Notes: generated by a model from the sequence alone, not told the origin. DNA of 64,000 nucleotides from Candidatus Woesebacteria bacterium (GCA_020060565.1 JAGVAE010000002.1:85036-149035), one strand, 5' to 3'. Counted from the stretch's first letter, positions 8,205-17,011 are shown. A program made the numbers and translations.

Positions 8205-8242
8205 GCGTAAGCTCTAACAGGTTCGACCCCTGTACCCACCGC
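8205..8242 (+). repeat. Right 38-bp direct repeat (attR-like); a duplicated tRNA-Ser(TGA) 3' fragment.
   Basis: Exact copy of 7304..7341 lying immediately after the stop of the 7363..8196 gene. Confidence 0.8.
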
Positions 8243-8243
8243 A

Positions 8244-8849
8244 TTATTTTGCAATAGTTAACCAAAAGATTCTTTTTACACCCGCTTTTCTTAAAGTTTT
8301 TGAGGCCTCACTGAGAGTGGAGCCAGTTGTGAGAACATCATCAAAAAGAATTAGCGGATAGCGATTAGTGATTAGCGAATAGTTAGAACTAAGAGAGAAG
8401 ACACCTTTTAAATTCTCATGGCGAGTACTACCTTTAAGCCCAACCTGGGGCTTGGTTGAAACTTTTTTAATTAGTAAATTGGGTTCATATTTCCAATTCA
8501 TTTCGCGTGCTACCAGTTTCCCAATCTCTTCTGCTTGATTAAATCCCCTAACATTTTGTTTGTGCCAATGGAGTGGAATAGGAATTAGTAAATAGTTCTT
8601 ATTAATTAGATTTGTTGATTTCAAGTTTCTGACACAAATATCTGCCAGCTCTTTTGCAACTTCTGTTGTGTATTTGTACTTAAGGGCAATAATTGCTTTC
8701 CTTATTACTCCTTCGTATCTAAAAATGGAGAGTTTGTCTTTGGCGAATCCAACCTTTCTGACTTTTTTCAAGCAGCTTTCACAAATATATTTTCCCTCCT
8801 TGCCACACTCAAGGCAGGCTTTGGGAAAGAATAAATCAAGAATTCCCAT
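8244..8849 (-). CDS. comF: ComF-family phosphoribosyltransferase-domain protein (ComFC-like).
   Basis: N-terminal zinc finger CLECG...CESC and C-terminal PRT motif LILFDDVLTTGSTL. The ORF-track N-terminal extension would overlap the tmRNA, so the start is placed at MGILDLFF. Confidence 0.6.
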   Translation of the reverse strand: MGILDLFFPKACLECGKEGKYICESCLKKVRKVGFAKDKLSIFRYEGVIRKAIIALKYKYTTEVAKELADICVRNLKSTNLINKNYLLIPIPLHWHKQNVRGFNQAEEIGKLVAREMNWKYEPNLLIKKVSTKPQVGLKGSTRHENLKGVFSLSSNYSLITNRYPLILFDDVLTTGSTLSEASKTLRKAGVKRIFWLTIAK

Positions 8850-8867
8850 AAAGGCAGTTTTTGTCTG

Positions 8868-9235
8868 CGGAGACGGTGGGAATTGAACCCACGTCCGAAA
8901 ATACTTAATACAAAACTTACTACAAGCTTGTTTGGTTTTTGAATTTTCATCGAGCTTATCCAACCAACAGGAACGCTCGATGTAAGATTTATTTGTCTTT
9001 TGTTTAAGCCTTTAAATCGTTAAAGCTCAAACAGCATCTCTAACGGGTTAATGCCCATTTGATTCGGTAGAGAATCAAACCAAAGGACACCGATTAAGCA
9101 AAGGCTAAATTATAGCCTTGGTAATCAGAAGCTGGACTTGCGTCTGCTTTTATTTTTTAACTCTGTTTAACGAGTATGGGTTAAACTCGGCTTGCAGTTT
9201 TGTTAAAGAGCTTCCCGTCGAAACCGATCGTCTCC
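8868..9235 (-). ncRNA. ssrA: tmRNA (ssrA).
   Basis: Lies immediately downstream of smpB. 5' GGAGACG pairs with 3' CGTCTCC as a tRNA-like acceptor, and the 3' T-arm is GGGTTCAATTCCC. The internal tag ORF GCAGACGCA...GCTTAA encodes ADASPASDYQGYNLAFA. ~368 nt. Confidence 0.7.
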
Positions 9236-9238
9236 AGG

Positions 9239-9661
9239 TTATTTTAGCTCAAGATCAATATCCCTTTGGATATCAACCTTCTTTTGAGCTTCCTTCTTCT
9301 CAAACACGCGTTTACTCTTGGCCAAGGCTAGCTCAAGCTTAATTAAACGCCGTTTAGTATACACGCTTACAGGCACGAGAGTCAACTTTTTTTGCTTGGT
9401 TTTAGTCAAAAGATCTAATATTTGGCCCTTATGTAAAAGGAGTTTTCTTGAAGCTGTTGGTTCATAGTATCTTTTATTGGGAACGGGTATGTTTGCGTTG
9501 ACCAAATAGGCTTCTTTATTGATTATTTTTACAAACGAGCCTGTTAGGTTTATATGTCCCGTTCGAACCGCACGGGCCTCGCCTCCTGTTAGGGAGATTC
9601 CAGCCTCAGTGGTCTCAAGAATCTGGTAATCAAACTTGGCTCTTTTATTAACAATCTTCAT
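9239..9661 (-). CDS. smpB: SsrA-binding protein SmpB.
   Basis: 140 aa with conserved SmpB features (KFDYQILETTEAGISLTGGE...) and a basic C-terminal tail. Confidence 0.85.
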   Translation of the reverse strand: MKIVNKRAKFDYQILETTEAGISLTGGEARAVRTGHINLTGSFVKIINKEAYLVNANIPVPNKRYYEPTASRKLLLHKGQILDLLTKTKQKKLTLVPVSVYTKRRLIKLELALAKSKRVFEKKEAQKKVDIQRDIDLELK

Positions 9662-11493
9662 TTAATCTCCATTGAGTATAACTTATCTCCGGTTAGAAGA
9701 ATTATTTTCTTGTCTGTTTCACTTGCCACCAGGGTTATTGCTGATGAGATAAGATCGTCTACATATTGAGCTTTATAGACTCCTTTTTTGTCTGTAACCA
9801 CTACTCTTTTGCCCGCTCTGTCCAACAGATAAATATATTGATTATCAGGGTTTCCGTAAATAGCATTTACACTGCCTATCTCCGGAAAAGTCCCCTTAAT
9901 ATTAAAATTTTGAGAACTTCCCTGACTGAATTTTTGTATGCGGGAATTCGGGTAAAGTGCGTAGATCGACCCATCGATAGTAATTTGAACAACGTCTGAA
10001 AAATCTACATTAGTTCCCGCCGCCAGCCAATTCTGCTTTTCTCCAAAACCAGTACTATTTCCTGCATATCTATATATTTGATTTCCTGATTTATCTAATA
10101 AATACATGTTTCCTGCAAAAGCTGATATTAGGGCGTCTCCCGACCATGTTTTTTCTATAACTTTATTGTTTCCAGAATCCACTTGATAAACCCCATCACT
10201 TTCAAGTACAAAAACATTGTCTTCATATGCTGCAAGTGCTTGTGCTGAGTTCACTACTCCAGGACCTGCAACTACTTTGCTTTTTTTTGTTGAGGATTCA
10301 ACACTTACTATCCTTTGTCCTGATTTATCTAGTACATAGATTAAACCTCCCGAAAAAGACACCGCGTCACCTTTAAAACCCGACGAAAGAAGTGTTAGAT
10401 CTAAAAACATTTCAGGAGAGGCTTTGTATTCTCCCAAAACAGCCGCCCTACTGTCATCCATTTTTTTCTTTAAAGAATCTATCTCTGGATCTTTTACATT
10501 CAAGTTTTCAATTTGTTTTAATTTTTGTTCACCTGAGGCAAAAAGCTCCCTGCTTCTTTCACTGCTCACACTGGCAAGGCTTATAGCTTGTTCAACATCG
10601 TTTTGTGCTTGCTCTAATATTCCTCTATATTTATTCTTTGTGTCATTGATGCTTTTTTGTCTAATTCCAAATCCAATACTAACCGCAAGAAGACCTAAAA
10701 GAATTGCTGCTATAGTAAATGTCATTTTTTTACTTTGGGGGGAAATTTCCTCAGGGGAATCTACTTTTAAATAAATATTTCTTTTTGGAATTTTTTTAAG
10801 CAAGTCTGTAAAAAAATTACTTTTGGGAATAGTTGGTTTTATTATCTGCTCTTGGGGGACTGTTGTTTCTAATCTTTCTTCAAATTTAATTATTGCTGCA
10901 CCTAAGTTTCCCGGGCTTTGGGCTCCAAGGGCAATTGGACCGAGTGTCTCAATAGAATCTTCTGGGGCTGGAGCAGAAAGTGCGGCTTTGATAACTCCTT
11001 GGGAAACTATTTGAAAAAAAGATTTTGTAGCTAAAAGAATTACATCACCATTCCTTGGGTAACCAGAAGCAGTTATTACTTGATCGGCACCACTTTCCAA
11101 GATTTTTCCCAAAGCCCCTTCTCTAAAGACCATTACACTTGCTCCCCCAACAGCAGCTGAATAAACAACATTGTCTACAAATGAGGCTGCCACTATTTCT
11201 ACATCTCCCCATGTTTGACGAAATTCATCAGCTACTTTTTGAGTAGCATCCCTTAAAACATTAAAGGGTTTTCCCTCGAGCTTTCCGTAATACTCTTCAT
11301 GGTACCTTGTTAGAAGTTCTCGTCCCGCGGTAATAGTATCAATTCCACTTTCTGTATGGTTTGTTGAAACAATTACAAAAAGGTGTCCCCTAAGTTTAAG
11401 TTTATCTGGATCATCGGGAGTAAATTCATGTACCTGAGCCCAACCCGAATTACCAGGAGGTCCTGTGAGTTTTGAAGCACTCTGAATTAGCAT
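9658..11493 (-). CDS. Membrane protein with an N-terminal PP2C-like domain (canonical metal-binding residues apparently substituted), one TM helix, a coiled coil and C-terminal beta-propeller-like repeats.
   Basis: VVYSAAVGGASVMVFREG and GDVILLATKSFFQIV align to PP2C motifs (vAnvGDSRavl / gD.lllaSDGlwd) but lack the GDSR/DG residues. Repeated YVLDKSG / YLLDKSGNQIYRY / YLLDRAGKRVVV motifs are present. Confidence 0.4.
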   Translation of the reverse strand: MLIQSASKLTGPPGNSGWAQVHEFTPDDPDKLKLRGHLFVIVSTNHTESGIDTITAGRELLTRYHEEYYGKLEGKPFNVLRDATQKVADEFRQTWGDVEIVAASFVDNVVYSAAVGGASVMVFREGALGKILESGADQVITASGYPRNGDVILLATKSFFQIVSQGVIKAALSAPAPEDSIETLGPIALGAQSPGNLGAAIIKFEERLETTVPQEQIIKPTIPKSNFFTDLLKKIPKRNIYLKVDSPEEISPQSKKMTFTIAAILLGLLAVSIGFGIRQKSINDTKNKYRGILEQAQNDVEQAISLASVSSERSRELFASGEQKLKQIENLNVKDPEIDSLKKKMDDSRAAVLGEYKASPEMFLDLTLLSSGFKGDAVSFSGGLIYVLDKSGQRIVSVESSTKKSKVVAGPGVVNSAQALAAYEDNVFVLESDGVYQVDSGNNKVIEKTWSGDALISAFAGNMYLLDKSGNQIYRYAGNSTGFGEKQNWLAAGTNVDFSDVVQITIDGSIYALYPNSRIQKFSQGSSQNFNIKGTFPEIGSVNAIYGNPDNQYIYLLDRAGKRVVVTDKKGVYKAQYVDDLISSAITLVASETDKKIILLTGDKLYSMEIK

Positions 11494-11496
11494 TTT

Positions 11497-11718
11497 CTAA
11501 AGTATGAAAAGGGCAGCCAAAAAAACCAATATTGCAAATGCTAGATGAATATATCCTAAAAATATTATTAAACCCTCCGCCCCCAATGTAAGGGTTGATG
11601 TCATTAGTTTTGTCTGTCTAACAACAACCAGAGCAAATACCAAATATAACCCTAAAAGTATTAGAGATGCGATTTTTATTAAAAGCCAGATCGAAATTCC
11701 AAAAATTGAACTTATCAT
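11497..11718 (-). CDS. Small hypothetical membrane protein.
   Basis: Two hydrophobic helices. Start chosen at MISSIFG to avoid overlap with the upstream gene. Confidence 0.25.
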   Translation of the reverse strand: MISSIFGISIWLLIKIASLILLGLYLVFALVVVRQTKLMTSTLTLGAEGLIIFLGYIHLAFAILVFLAALFIL

Positions 11719-11731
11719 AATTATATTATTC

Positions 11732-12415
11732 TCATTTCTTCTTGACTTGGGGCACCAAGTCATTAATTATCCTTACTACACGATCGGGTTTGGGAACTGC
11801 CAAGAAATCAAACTCAGAAACCTCGGATGCAGTTTGAATAAAAACATTTCCATAATTAAAAACTGTTCTAACAACCCCACCCATGCTGTAAGTAACATCT
11901 TGAATATTATCGAGTGTTGCGTCTGAAACTCTTTTATATATCAAATTATTAAAATCTACGTCTACCACTCTTTCGTTTGTAACAATATAAACATTGAAGT
12001 ACCAATTAAGAAAGTTCTCTAGAGCATAAGCCATTGTAAATAAGTACCAGGCCATTGTAATAACCAATTCAAAACCGTTTGGGATTGTATCAAAAACTCC
12101 AAAAGCCTTGGCAACTGACGGAACAAAAAACATGACAATCGCAATTAAAACCCATTTAACATTCACTATTACATGTTGTCTCAAAAGAAGAACAATTTTT
12201 TCATCATTTGAGCGTGATTCGAAATCAACATTGTTGGGATAATAACTAAATGTAGAAAGCGCTTGATGATTATGGCTTTCAAAAGAGTCCTTTTCTTCCT
12301 TATTCACCGAAATATTCTTTTTGGAATTTGAAACAAATACATCAGGCATTTCAAACTTATTATACCAGGTCGAATCAAAAATTGTGCTATTTTTTCTCGA
12401 TATTGAAGAAGGCAA
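11732..12415 (-). CDS. Bacterial PH-domain (YdbS/YdbT-like, DUF304) membrane protein.
   Basis: Two adjacent TM helices (WVLIAIVMFFVPSVAKAFGVF / ELVITMAWYLFTMAYAL) followed by a soluble beta-rich domain, as in bPH_2 proteins. Confidence 0.45.
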   Translation of the reverse strand: MPSSISRKNSTIFDSTWYNKFEMPDVFVSNSKKNISVNKEEKDSFESHNHQALSTFSYYPNNVDFESRSNDEKIVLLLRQHVIVNVKWVLIAIVMFFVPSVAKAFGVFDTIPNGFELVITMAWYLFTMAYALENFLNWYFNVYIVTNERVVDVDFNNLIYKRVSDATLDNIQDVTYSMGGVVRTVFNYGNVFIQTASEVSEFDFLAVPKPDRVVRIINDLVPQVKKK

Positions 12416-14090
12416 AACCTTTTTGTGGAATCATTAGATATCCGGGTGCGCGTAAATTAAATGCCTGTTTGAATTCAGCTCCTGTTAGCTTAATTGACCC
12501 GTTGACAGTAACTTCATTGGTTGTGCCGTCTCCCTGAGAAACTGAAACACTTGAAACCGAATTTACACCACCCTTTTGCCTAAGTTCCGAATAACTATAA
12601 GGGTTCCCACCCCAACAAGAGGTTGATGTTGAACTTACACGATCGTCCGTTCCACTCTTAAGAACAATTGCAGCATTAACAATATCTGTAAACTCCTCAT
12701 TGTTTAACCAGGGATTCGCTTTTCCACATGTTGCACCACTCGCGGTATAACCCTGTCTATACCAAGCTTTATAAACCCAAGGTGATCCCCCCGCATATTC
12801 ATATGTCTTTTCCAAAAATCCCGATCCGCCACTACCATTTGTTGTGTCCCACCCTGAAGTAGTCAAATACCCGCCGGATGTTGATGAATAATAAGTAACC
12901 ACATCTTCCAAAACCTGTCCGCGTGTTGACTGCACTGCTTGTTTCCATGCATCGGGTGGGTTGTCTGCTTTACTCTTTCTGAAAACTTGACACGCTTCCG
13001 TTACGCAGATTTGCTTTCCCTCCTTTTTGTATCTGTACGCATAACTTCTGGCTGCAATTGCTTGAGCCTTTAGGGCTTCTGGGTGCCAGGAAGACGGCAT
13101 TTCAGCAATCCCCATTAGATAATAACTTTCAAAATCCACATTTCCCACTCCCGCAACATTGATTGTTCCTCCAGTATCTTTGTTTACAGGGTCTTTTCCG
13201 TAGTAGGCTTTTAATATCTGATTGGTATTTTGTCCGCTTTGGGCCCTTCCGCGTGCTCCATACTGACTCATTCCTTTCCTGTGTGTATATCCCCCAAATG
13301 AGAATACAGCGAAAGAGCCAGCAGGGGCTGCCTCCTTAAATCCTTTTATAGAGGCTGTATAATCATCAGCCAAAGCACTGTCTCCGACACTGGCTATAAA
13401 ACTACCGCTTTTAGCATTCAATATTTCCTGTTGTTTGTTACTTAAAACCGCTAGGAAACTTTCTACTTTCCCCACTTCTCCCTCCAAAAACTTTGCATCT
13501 TCTGTAACTTTCTTTTGAAGAGATGCCAAAGAAACTTTATTTTTTTCTAAACTTTCTTTATCTGCCTTAAGTGTAGACAAATCTTCTCCATATTCTTCCA
13601 TTACCTTTCTGTCATCATCAGCTGCCATTTGCTGATATGAAACTTCACGGAATGCGTCCACCGCATTAGACATCAAAAATGGAGTTATTGGATCATACAA
13701 TCTTCTTCTTTTATAATCGTTCAATACCTTTTCATCAAAAATTTCACTGGTGTATGCCAGATCTTCCTCTCTTCCTTCTATTTCCTTCTCAATATTTTTA
13801 AGTTGTGTAGAGATTGAAGTAATTCTTTGATTAAGACTATCTATTTGTTTTTTAAGGTTTGCCAGTTCTGTTTTGTTTTTTTCTTGGGCTGGAGCATAGG
13901 CTGCTGCAATTCTGGGAAGAATTACAGTTATACATTCTTCCATCTCCCCACTACTCAAATCACTAACAGATTTGTTTAAACAATCACTCTCACTAACAGC
14001 CAAAGCTGATTTTGAAAAATAAAAAAAGGAAAATGTGGCAAGTAAAAAAACAATCGTTAAAAATTTAAAATTGAAAATTGAAAATTTCAT
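12387..14090 (-). CDS. SpoIID/LytB-domain protein (peptidoglycan remodelling) with an N-terminal signal peptide and coiled coil.
   Basis: HRKGMSQYGARGRA and YYLMGIAEMPSSWHPEALKAQAIAARSYAY match the SpoIID/LytB signature. Confidence 0.6.
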   Translation of the reverse strand: MKFSIFNFKFLTIVFLLATFSFFYFSKSALAVSESDCLNKSVSDLSSGEMEECITVILPRIAAAYAPAQEKNKTELANLKKQIDSLNQRITSISTQLKNIEKEIEGREEDLAYTSEIFDEKVLNDYKRRRLYDPITPFLMSNAVDAFREVSYQQMAADDDRKVMEEYGEDLSTLKADKESLEKNKVSLASLQKKVTEDAKFLEGEVGKVESFLAVLSNKQQEILNAKSGSFIASVGDSALADDYTASIKGFKEAAPAGSFAVFSFGGYTHRKGMSQYGARGRAQSGQNTNQILKAYYGKDPVNKDTGGTINVAGVGNVDFESYYLMGIAEMPSSWHPEALKAQAIAARSYAYRYKKEGKQICVTEACQVFRKSKADNPPDAWKQAVQSTRGQVLEDVVTYYSSTSGGYLTTSGWDTTNGSGGSGFLEKTYEYAGGSPWVYKAWYRQGYTASGATCGKANPWLNNEEFTDIVNAAIVLKSGTDDRVSSTSTSCWGGNPYSYSELRQKGGVNSVSSVSVSQGDGTTNEVTVNGSIKLTGAEFKQAFNLRAPGYLMIPQKGFAFFNIEKK

Positions 14091-14147
14091 ATTTTTATTA
14101 TACCAAGTGAAAACTAATCTAAGGGGTGATAAAATAACTTAGTTAGT

Positions 14148-14540
14148 ATGAAGAAGTTTATATTTAGTATTATTTTTGTTTCTGCATTTATATTTTTGAA
14201 TACTTTGATTTCGCCAAAGGTCTCTATGGCTGCTGATGTTCATGGGGGCTGTGGAGATACAGAGATTGATACAGCCATTGGCTGTGTTCCTGTATTGGGT
14301 GATGGAACAAGTGATTTTATGACTTTTATTCTTAGGTGGGCAATTGGTGTTGGGGGTGGAATTGCTTTTCTTTTGATTCTTTATGCAGGTTTTATGACAA
14401 TGACTTCAGCAGGTAATCCAGAAAGACTTAAGGCGGGGCAAGAATTATTAACAAGTGCCATCTCTGGTCTGATTCTTTTGATATTGTCCGTATTTGTTCT
14501 AAACTTTATAGGAATCAATATTTTAGGTATATTTACATAA
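14148..14540 (+). CDS. VirB2/TrbC-like propilin candidate, paralog 1; the only one with a classical signal peptide.
   Basis: 130 aa. Signal peptide (…PKVSMA), a Cys pair, then TM1, loop TSAGNPERLKAGQELLTSAISG and TM2. Confidence 0.5.
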   Translation: MKKFIFSIIFVSAFIFLNTLISPKVSMAADVHGGCGDTEIDTAIGCVPVLGDGTSDFMTFILRWAIGVGGGIAFLLILYAGFMTMTSAGNPERLKAGQELLTSAISGLILLILSVFVLNFIGINILGIFT

Positions 14541-14873
14541 ATGAAAATAGCATTAGAGAGTCCTTATAAAGGTATTAGCGTTCCTTCAAGTGGTGGAAAA
14601 ATAAATGTAAACGAAACTGATATTGGAGGTATTATTACTGGAGTTTTGCCATATATCTTTGGTGCAGCTGCAATTTTACTTTTAATTTATTTAGTTACAG
14701 CAGGTCTTTCCATGATGCTTTCTCGGGGAGAACCAAAAACAATGCAGGCAGCACAAGCAAAAATAACCAATGCTTTGATCGGATTTGTTATTGTATTTTT
14801 TGCGTTTTCTTTAGTACTTCTTGTTGGAAATATTCTTGGAGTTAATGTTTTTGAAGACATATTTAAAAAATAA
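14541..14873 (+). CDS. VirB2/TrbC-like propilin candidate, paralog 2.
   Basis: 110 aa. ~40-aa leader, then TM1, loop SRGEPKTMQAAQAKITNALIG and TM2. Abuts paralog 1 (TAAATG). Confidence 0.5.
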   Translation: MKIALESPYKGISVPSSGGKINVNETDIGGIITGVLPYIFGAAAILLLIYLVTAGLSMMLSRGEPKTMQAAQAKITNALIGFVIVFFAFSLVLLVGNILGVNVFEDIFKK

Positions 14874-15193
14874 TGAAAAATCTTGCATTAAATATTAAGG
14901 ATTCTTTTTTTGGTAATCAGGGAGCGTCTTCTTTTCAAACAATTACTGGGGTTTCTGATATTGTTTCTTTATTTCTCAAAATTTCTTTTGTCCTGGCAGG
15001 TTTAATTCTTCTTTTCTATTTTATCTTGGGTGGAATTGGAATGATTGGGAGTGCTGGAAAAAATGATCCAAAAGCGGCTGAACAGGCCAAGCAAACCATA
15101 ACATCGGCTGTTATTGGGTTTGTTGTTGTGTTTGTAGCCTATTGGATAGTAAAATTGATTGGAATATTGTTTAATATTCCAAATATTATTTAA
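14873..15193 (+). CDS. VirB2/TrbC-like propilin candidate, paralog 3.
   Basis: 106 aa. Loop SAGKNDPKAAEQAKQTITSAVIG between two TM helices. ATGA overlap with paralog 2. Confidence 0.5.
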   Translation: MKNLALNIKDSFFGNQGASSFQTITGVSDIVSLFLKISFVLAGLILLFYFILGGIGMIGSAGKNDPKAAEQAKQTITSAVIGFVVVFVAYWIVKLIGILFNIPNII

Positions 15194-15547
15194 ATGCAAA
15201 AACTACTCGCAGATAATGTCTTTGGCACAATTAAAGCACCAGATTCTGCATTTAAGGACAGTGCTACTCCCCAAGCAGCCATTGGAAACTTAATTCAGCT
15301 TGTAATCTGGATTCTTATAATTGGCGCTGGGATCTATGCATTGTTTAATTTGGTTTTGGCTGGCTATTCTTTTATGTCAGCAGGAGATGATAGTAAAAAA
15401 GTTAGTGGAGCCTGGGCTATGATTTATCAAACAATGATCGGCTTGGCTGTTGCTGCAGGATCCTTTGTGCTGGCAGCCATCTTTGGACAGTTGATATTTG
15501 GCAAATGGGATTTTATCCTTAACCCAACAATTCCAACATTACAATAA
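15194..15547 (+). CDS. VirB2/TrbC-like propilin candidate, paralog 4.
   Basis: 117 aa. Loop SAGDDSKKVSGAWAMIYQTMIG between two TM helices. Confidence 0.45.
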   Translation: MQKLLADNVFGTIKAPDSAFKDSATPQAAIGNLIQLVIWILIIGAGIYALFNLVLAGYSFMSAGDDSKKVSGAWAMIYQTMIGLAVAAGSFVLAAIFGQLIFGKWDFILNPTIPTLQ

Positions 15548-15548
15548 A

Positions 15549-15923
15549 ATGAATAATTTACTGACAGATATTAAATTGGCACCAGAGAGTGGTTTTAGGG
15601 GTTTTGGTCAGTTGGGACTTGAAGGTTTAAGTGAAGAAAGTGCGGGTACGACATTCAACACCTTTGTTTCAACTGCCATAGGTGTAATGACCATCATTGC
15701 TTTTGTGTGGTTTGTTTTTACACTTTTTGTTGGGGCTTACGGATTTATGACTGCAGGAGGGGATAAACAGGCTCTCGAGTCTGCAAAGAAAAAAATAACT
15801 ACAGGAATAATAGGTGTCGTTATTGTAATTGCCGCCATTTTCATATTCCAACTTGTGGGGTATATACTTGGAATACCAAATATTCTTAATCCTGGGGAAA
15901 TGATTAGACAAATCAGTCAATAA
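15549..15923 (+). CDS. VirB2/TrbC-like propilin candidate, paralog 5.
   Basis: Start at MNNLLTDIK, 1 nt after the stop of paralog 4. Loop TAGGDKQALESAKKKITTGIIG. Confidence 0.5.
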   Translation: MNNLLTDIKLAPESGFRGFGQLGLEGLSEESAGTTFNTFVSTAIGVMTIIAFVWFVFTLFVGAYGFMTAGGDKQALESAKKKITTGIIGVVIVIAAIFIFQLVGYILGIPNILNPGEMIRQISQ

Positions 15924-15924
15924 T

Positions 15925-16326
15925 ATGTTTATTACAAACCTTCTATTAGCACAGGGCGATATCCCTGAGGGGTGGAATGGCCCAGCAAAAGGATCTGAAA
16001 TAAAAAACCCCGCTTTAGGAAACACCTTAAACGGACTTCTTCAAGAGGGTGGTTCCGCGTTTTTTGGAACCCTAATACCAAATCTTATTGGAATCTGTTA
16101 TGTAATTGGGGTAGTTATCTTTCTTTTTATGCTTATTACAGGTGCTATTCAATGGATAAGCTCCGGTGGAGACAAACAAGCATTAGAGTCAGCAAGGAAT
16201 AAAATATCAAATGCTTTGGTAGGAATTGTAATTTTGTTTGCTGTGTTTGCAATTATAAATCTAATTGAAACGTTTTTTGGTATAAATATTATGACCCTTG
16301 ACATGGGGGCTTTAGTAATTCAATAA
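15925..16326 (+). CDS. VirB2/TrbC-like propilin candidate, paralog 6.
   Basis: 133 aa. Loop SSGGDKQALESARNKISNALVG between two TM helices. Confidence 0.5.
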   Translation: MFITNLLLAQGDIPEGWNGPAKGSEIKNPALGNTLNGLLQEGGSAFFGTLIPNLIGICYVIGVVIFLFMLITGAIQWISSGGDKQALESARNKISNALVGIVILFAVFAIINLIETFFGINIMTLDMGALVIQ

Positions 16327-16336
16327 TATAAATGTA

Positions 16337-16675
16337 ATGAATAATTTGCTTGCGGAAACAATTAATTTAAAGCCACAATCAGGTGATTTTGTGGGAATAT
16401 CTAATTTTACACTCCCCTCAATTATTTCTGCTCTTATAAAAGGAGCTATGGTTATTGCTGCTATTATCTTCTTCTTTATGTTGGTTATTGGAGGAATTAA
16501 ATGGATTGCTTCAGGTGGTGACAAAGCTCAAACAGAAGCAGCCAGGAATCAAATTACTGCAGCTCTTGTGGGTTTGGTAATAGTCTTTGCTGCTTGGGCA
16601 ATAGTTTCTCTTATAGCCACATTCTTTGGAGGGGTTAATATCTTTAATCTTACAATTCCTGAAATTGGTAATTAG
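16337..16675 (+). CDS. VirB2/TrbC-like propilin candidate, paralog 7.
   Basis: 112 aa. MNNLLAETI leader. Loop ASGGDKAQTEAARNQITAALVG. Confidence 0.5.
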   Translation: MNNLLAETINLKPQSGDFVGISNFTLPSIISALIKGAMVIAAIIFFFMLVIGGIKWIASGGDKAQTEAARNQITAALVGLVIVFAAWAIVSLIATFFGGVNIFNLTIPEIGN

Positions 16676-16722
16676 TTATCTTCTTGATCATGTTTATCTT
16701 CTAGATTAGAATTATCTTTAAT

Positions 16723-17007
16723 ATGGGTGATGGTCCTGCTAGGATTTCTGATTTGCAATTAGTTTTTGGGAATGTTGTCAAGATTGCCTTGGCGGCCGCA
16801 GGTGTGGTTCTTTTTGTTTTACTTATTATTGGAGGATTAAAATATATTACTTCAGGTGGGGATCCCAAAGCAGCCGAGAGTGCGCAAAAAACAATTACTT
16901 ATGCTATTGGAGGACTTCTTCTTATACTTGCTTCATTTCTAATCCTGGAGCTAATTAGGACAATTACAGGAGTAGATGTCACCAATTTTATTGTTACCCA
17001 ACCGTAA
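16723..17007 (+). CDS. VirB2/TrbC-like propilin candidate, paralog 8; shortest, minimal leader.
   Basis: 94 aa. Loop TSGGDPKAAESAQKTITYAIGG between two TM helices. Confidence 0.45.
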   Translation: MGDGPARISDLQLVFGNVVKIALAAAGVVLFVLLIIGGLKYITSGGDPKAAESAQKTITYAIGGLLLILASFLILELIRTITGVDVTNFIVTQP

Positions 17008-17011
17008 TTTA

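Noticed and set aside
8850-8963. N-terminal 38-aa extension of the ComF-like ORF.
   Set aside because: It overlaps the 3' tRNA-like end of the tmRNA. An internal Met at 8849 yields the normal zinc-finger N-terminus.
14148-17007. Whether the small two-TM array could be a CRISPR-like or noncoding repeat array.
   Set aside because: The units are 280-430 bp, differ substantially at the DNA level, and each has a start, a stop and a coherent two-TM protein. They are paralogous genes, not short direct repeats with spacers.
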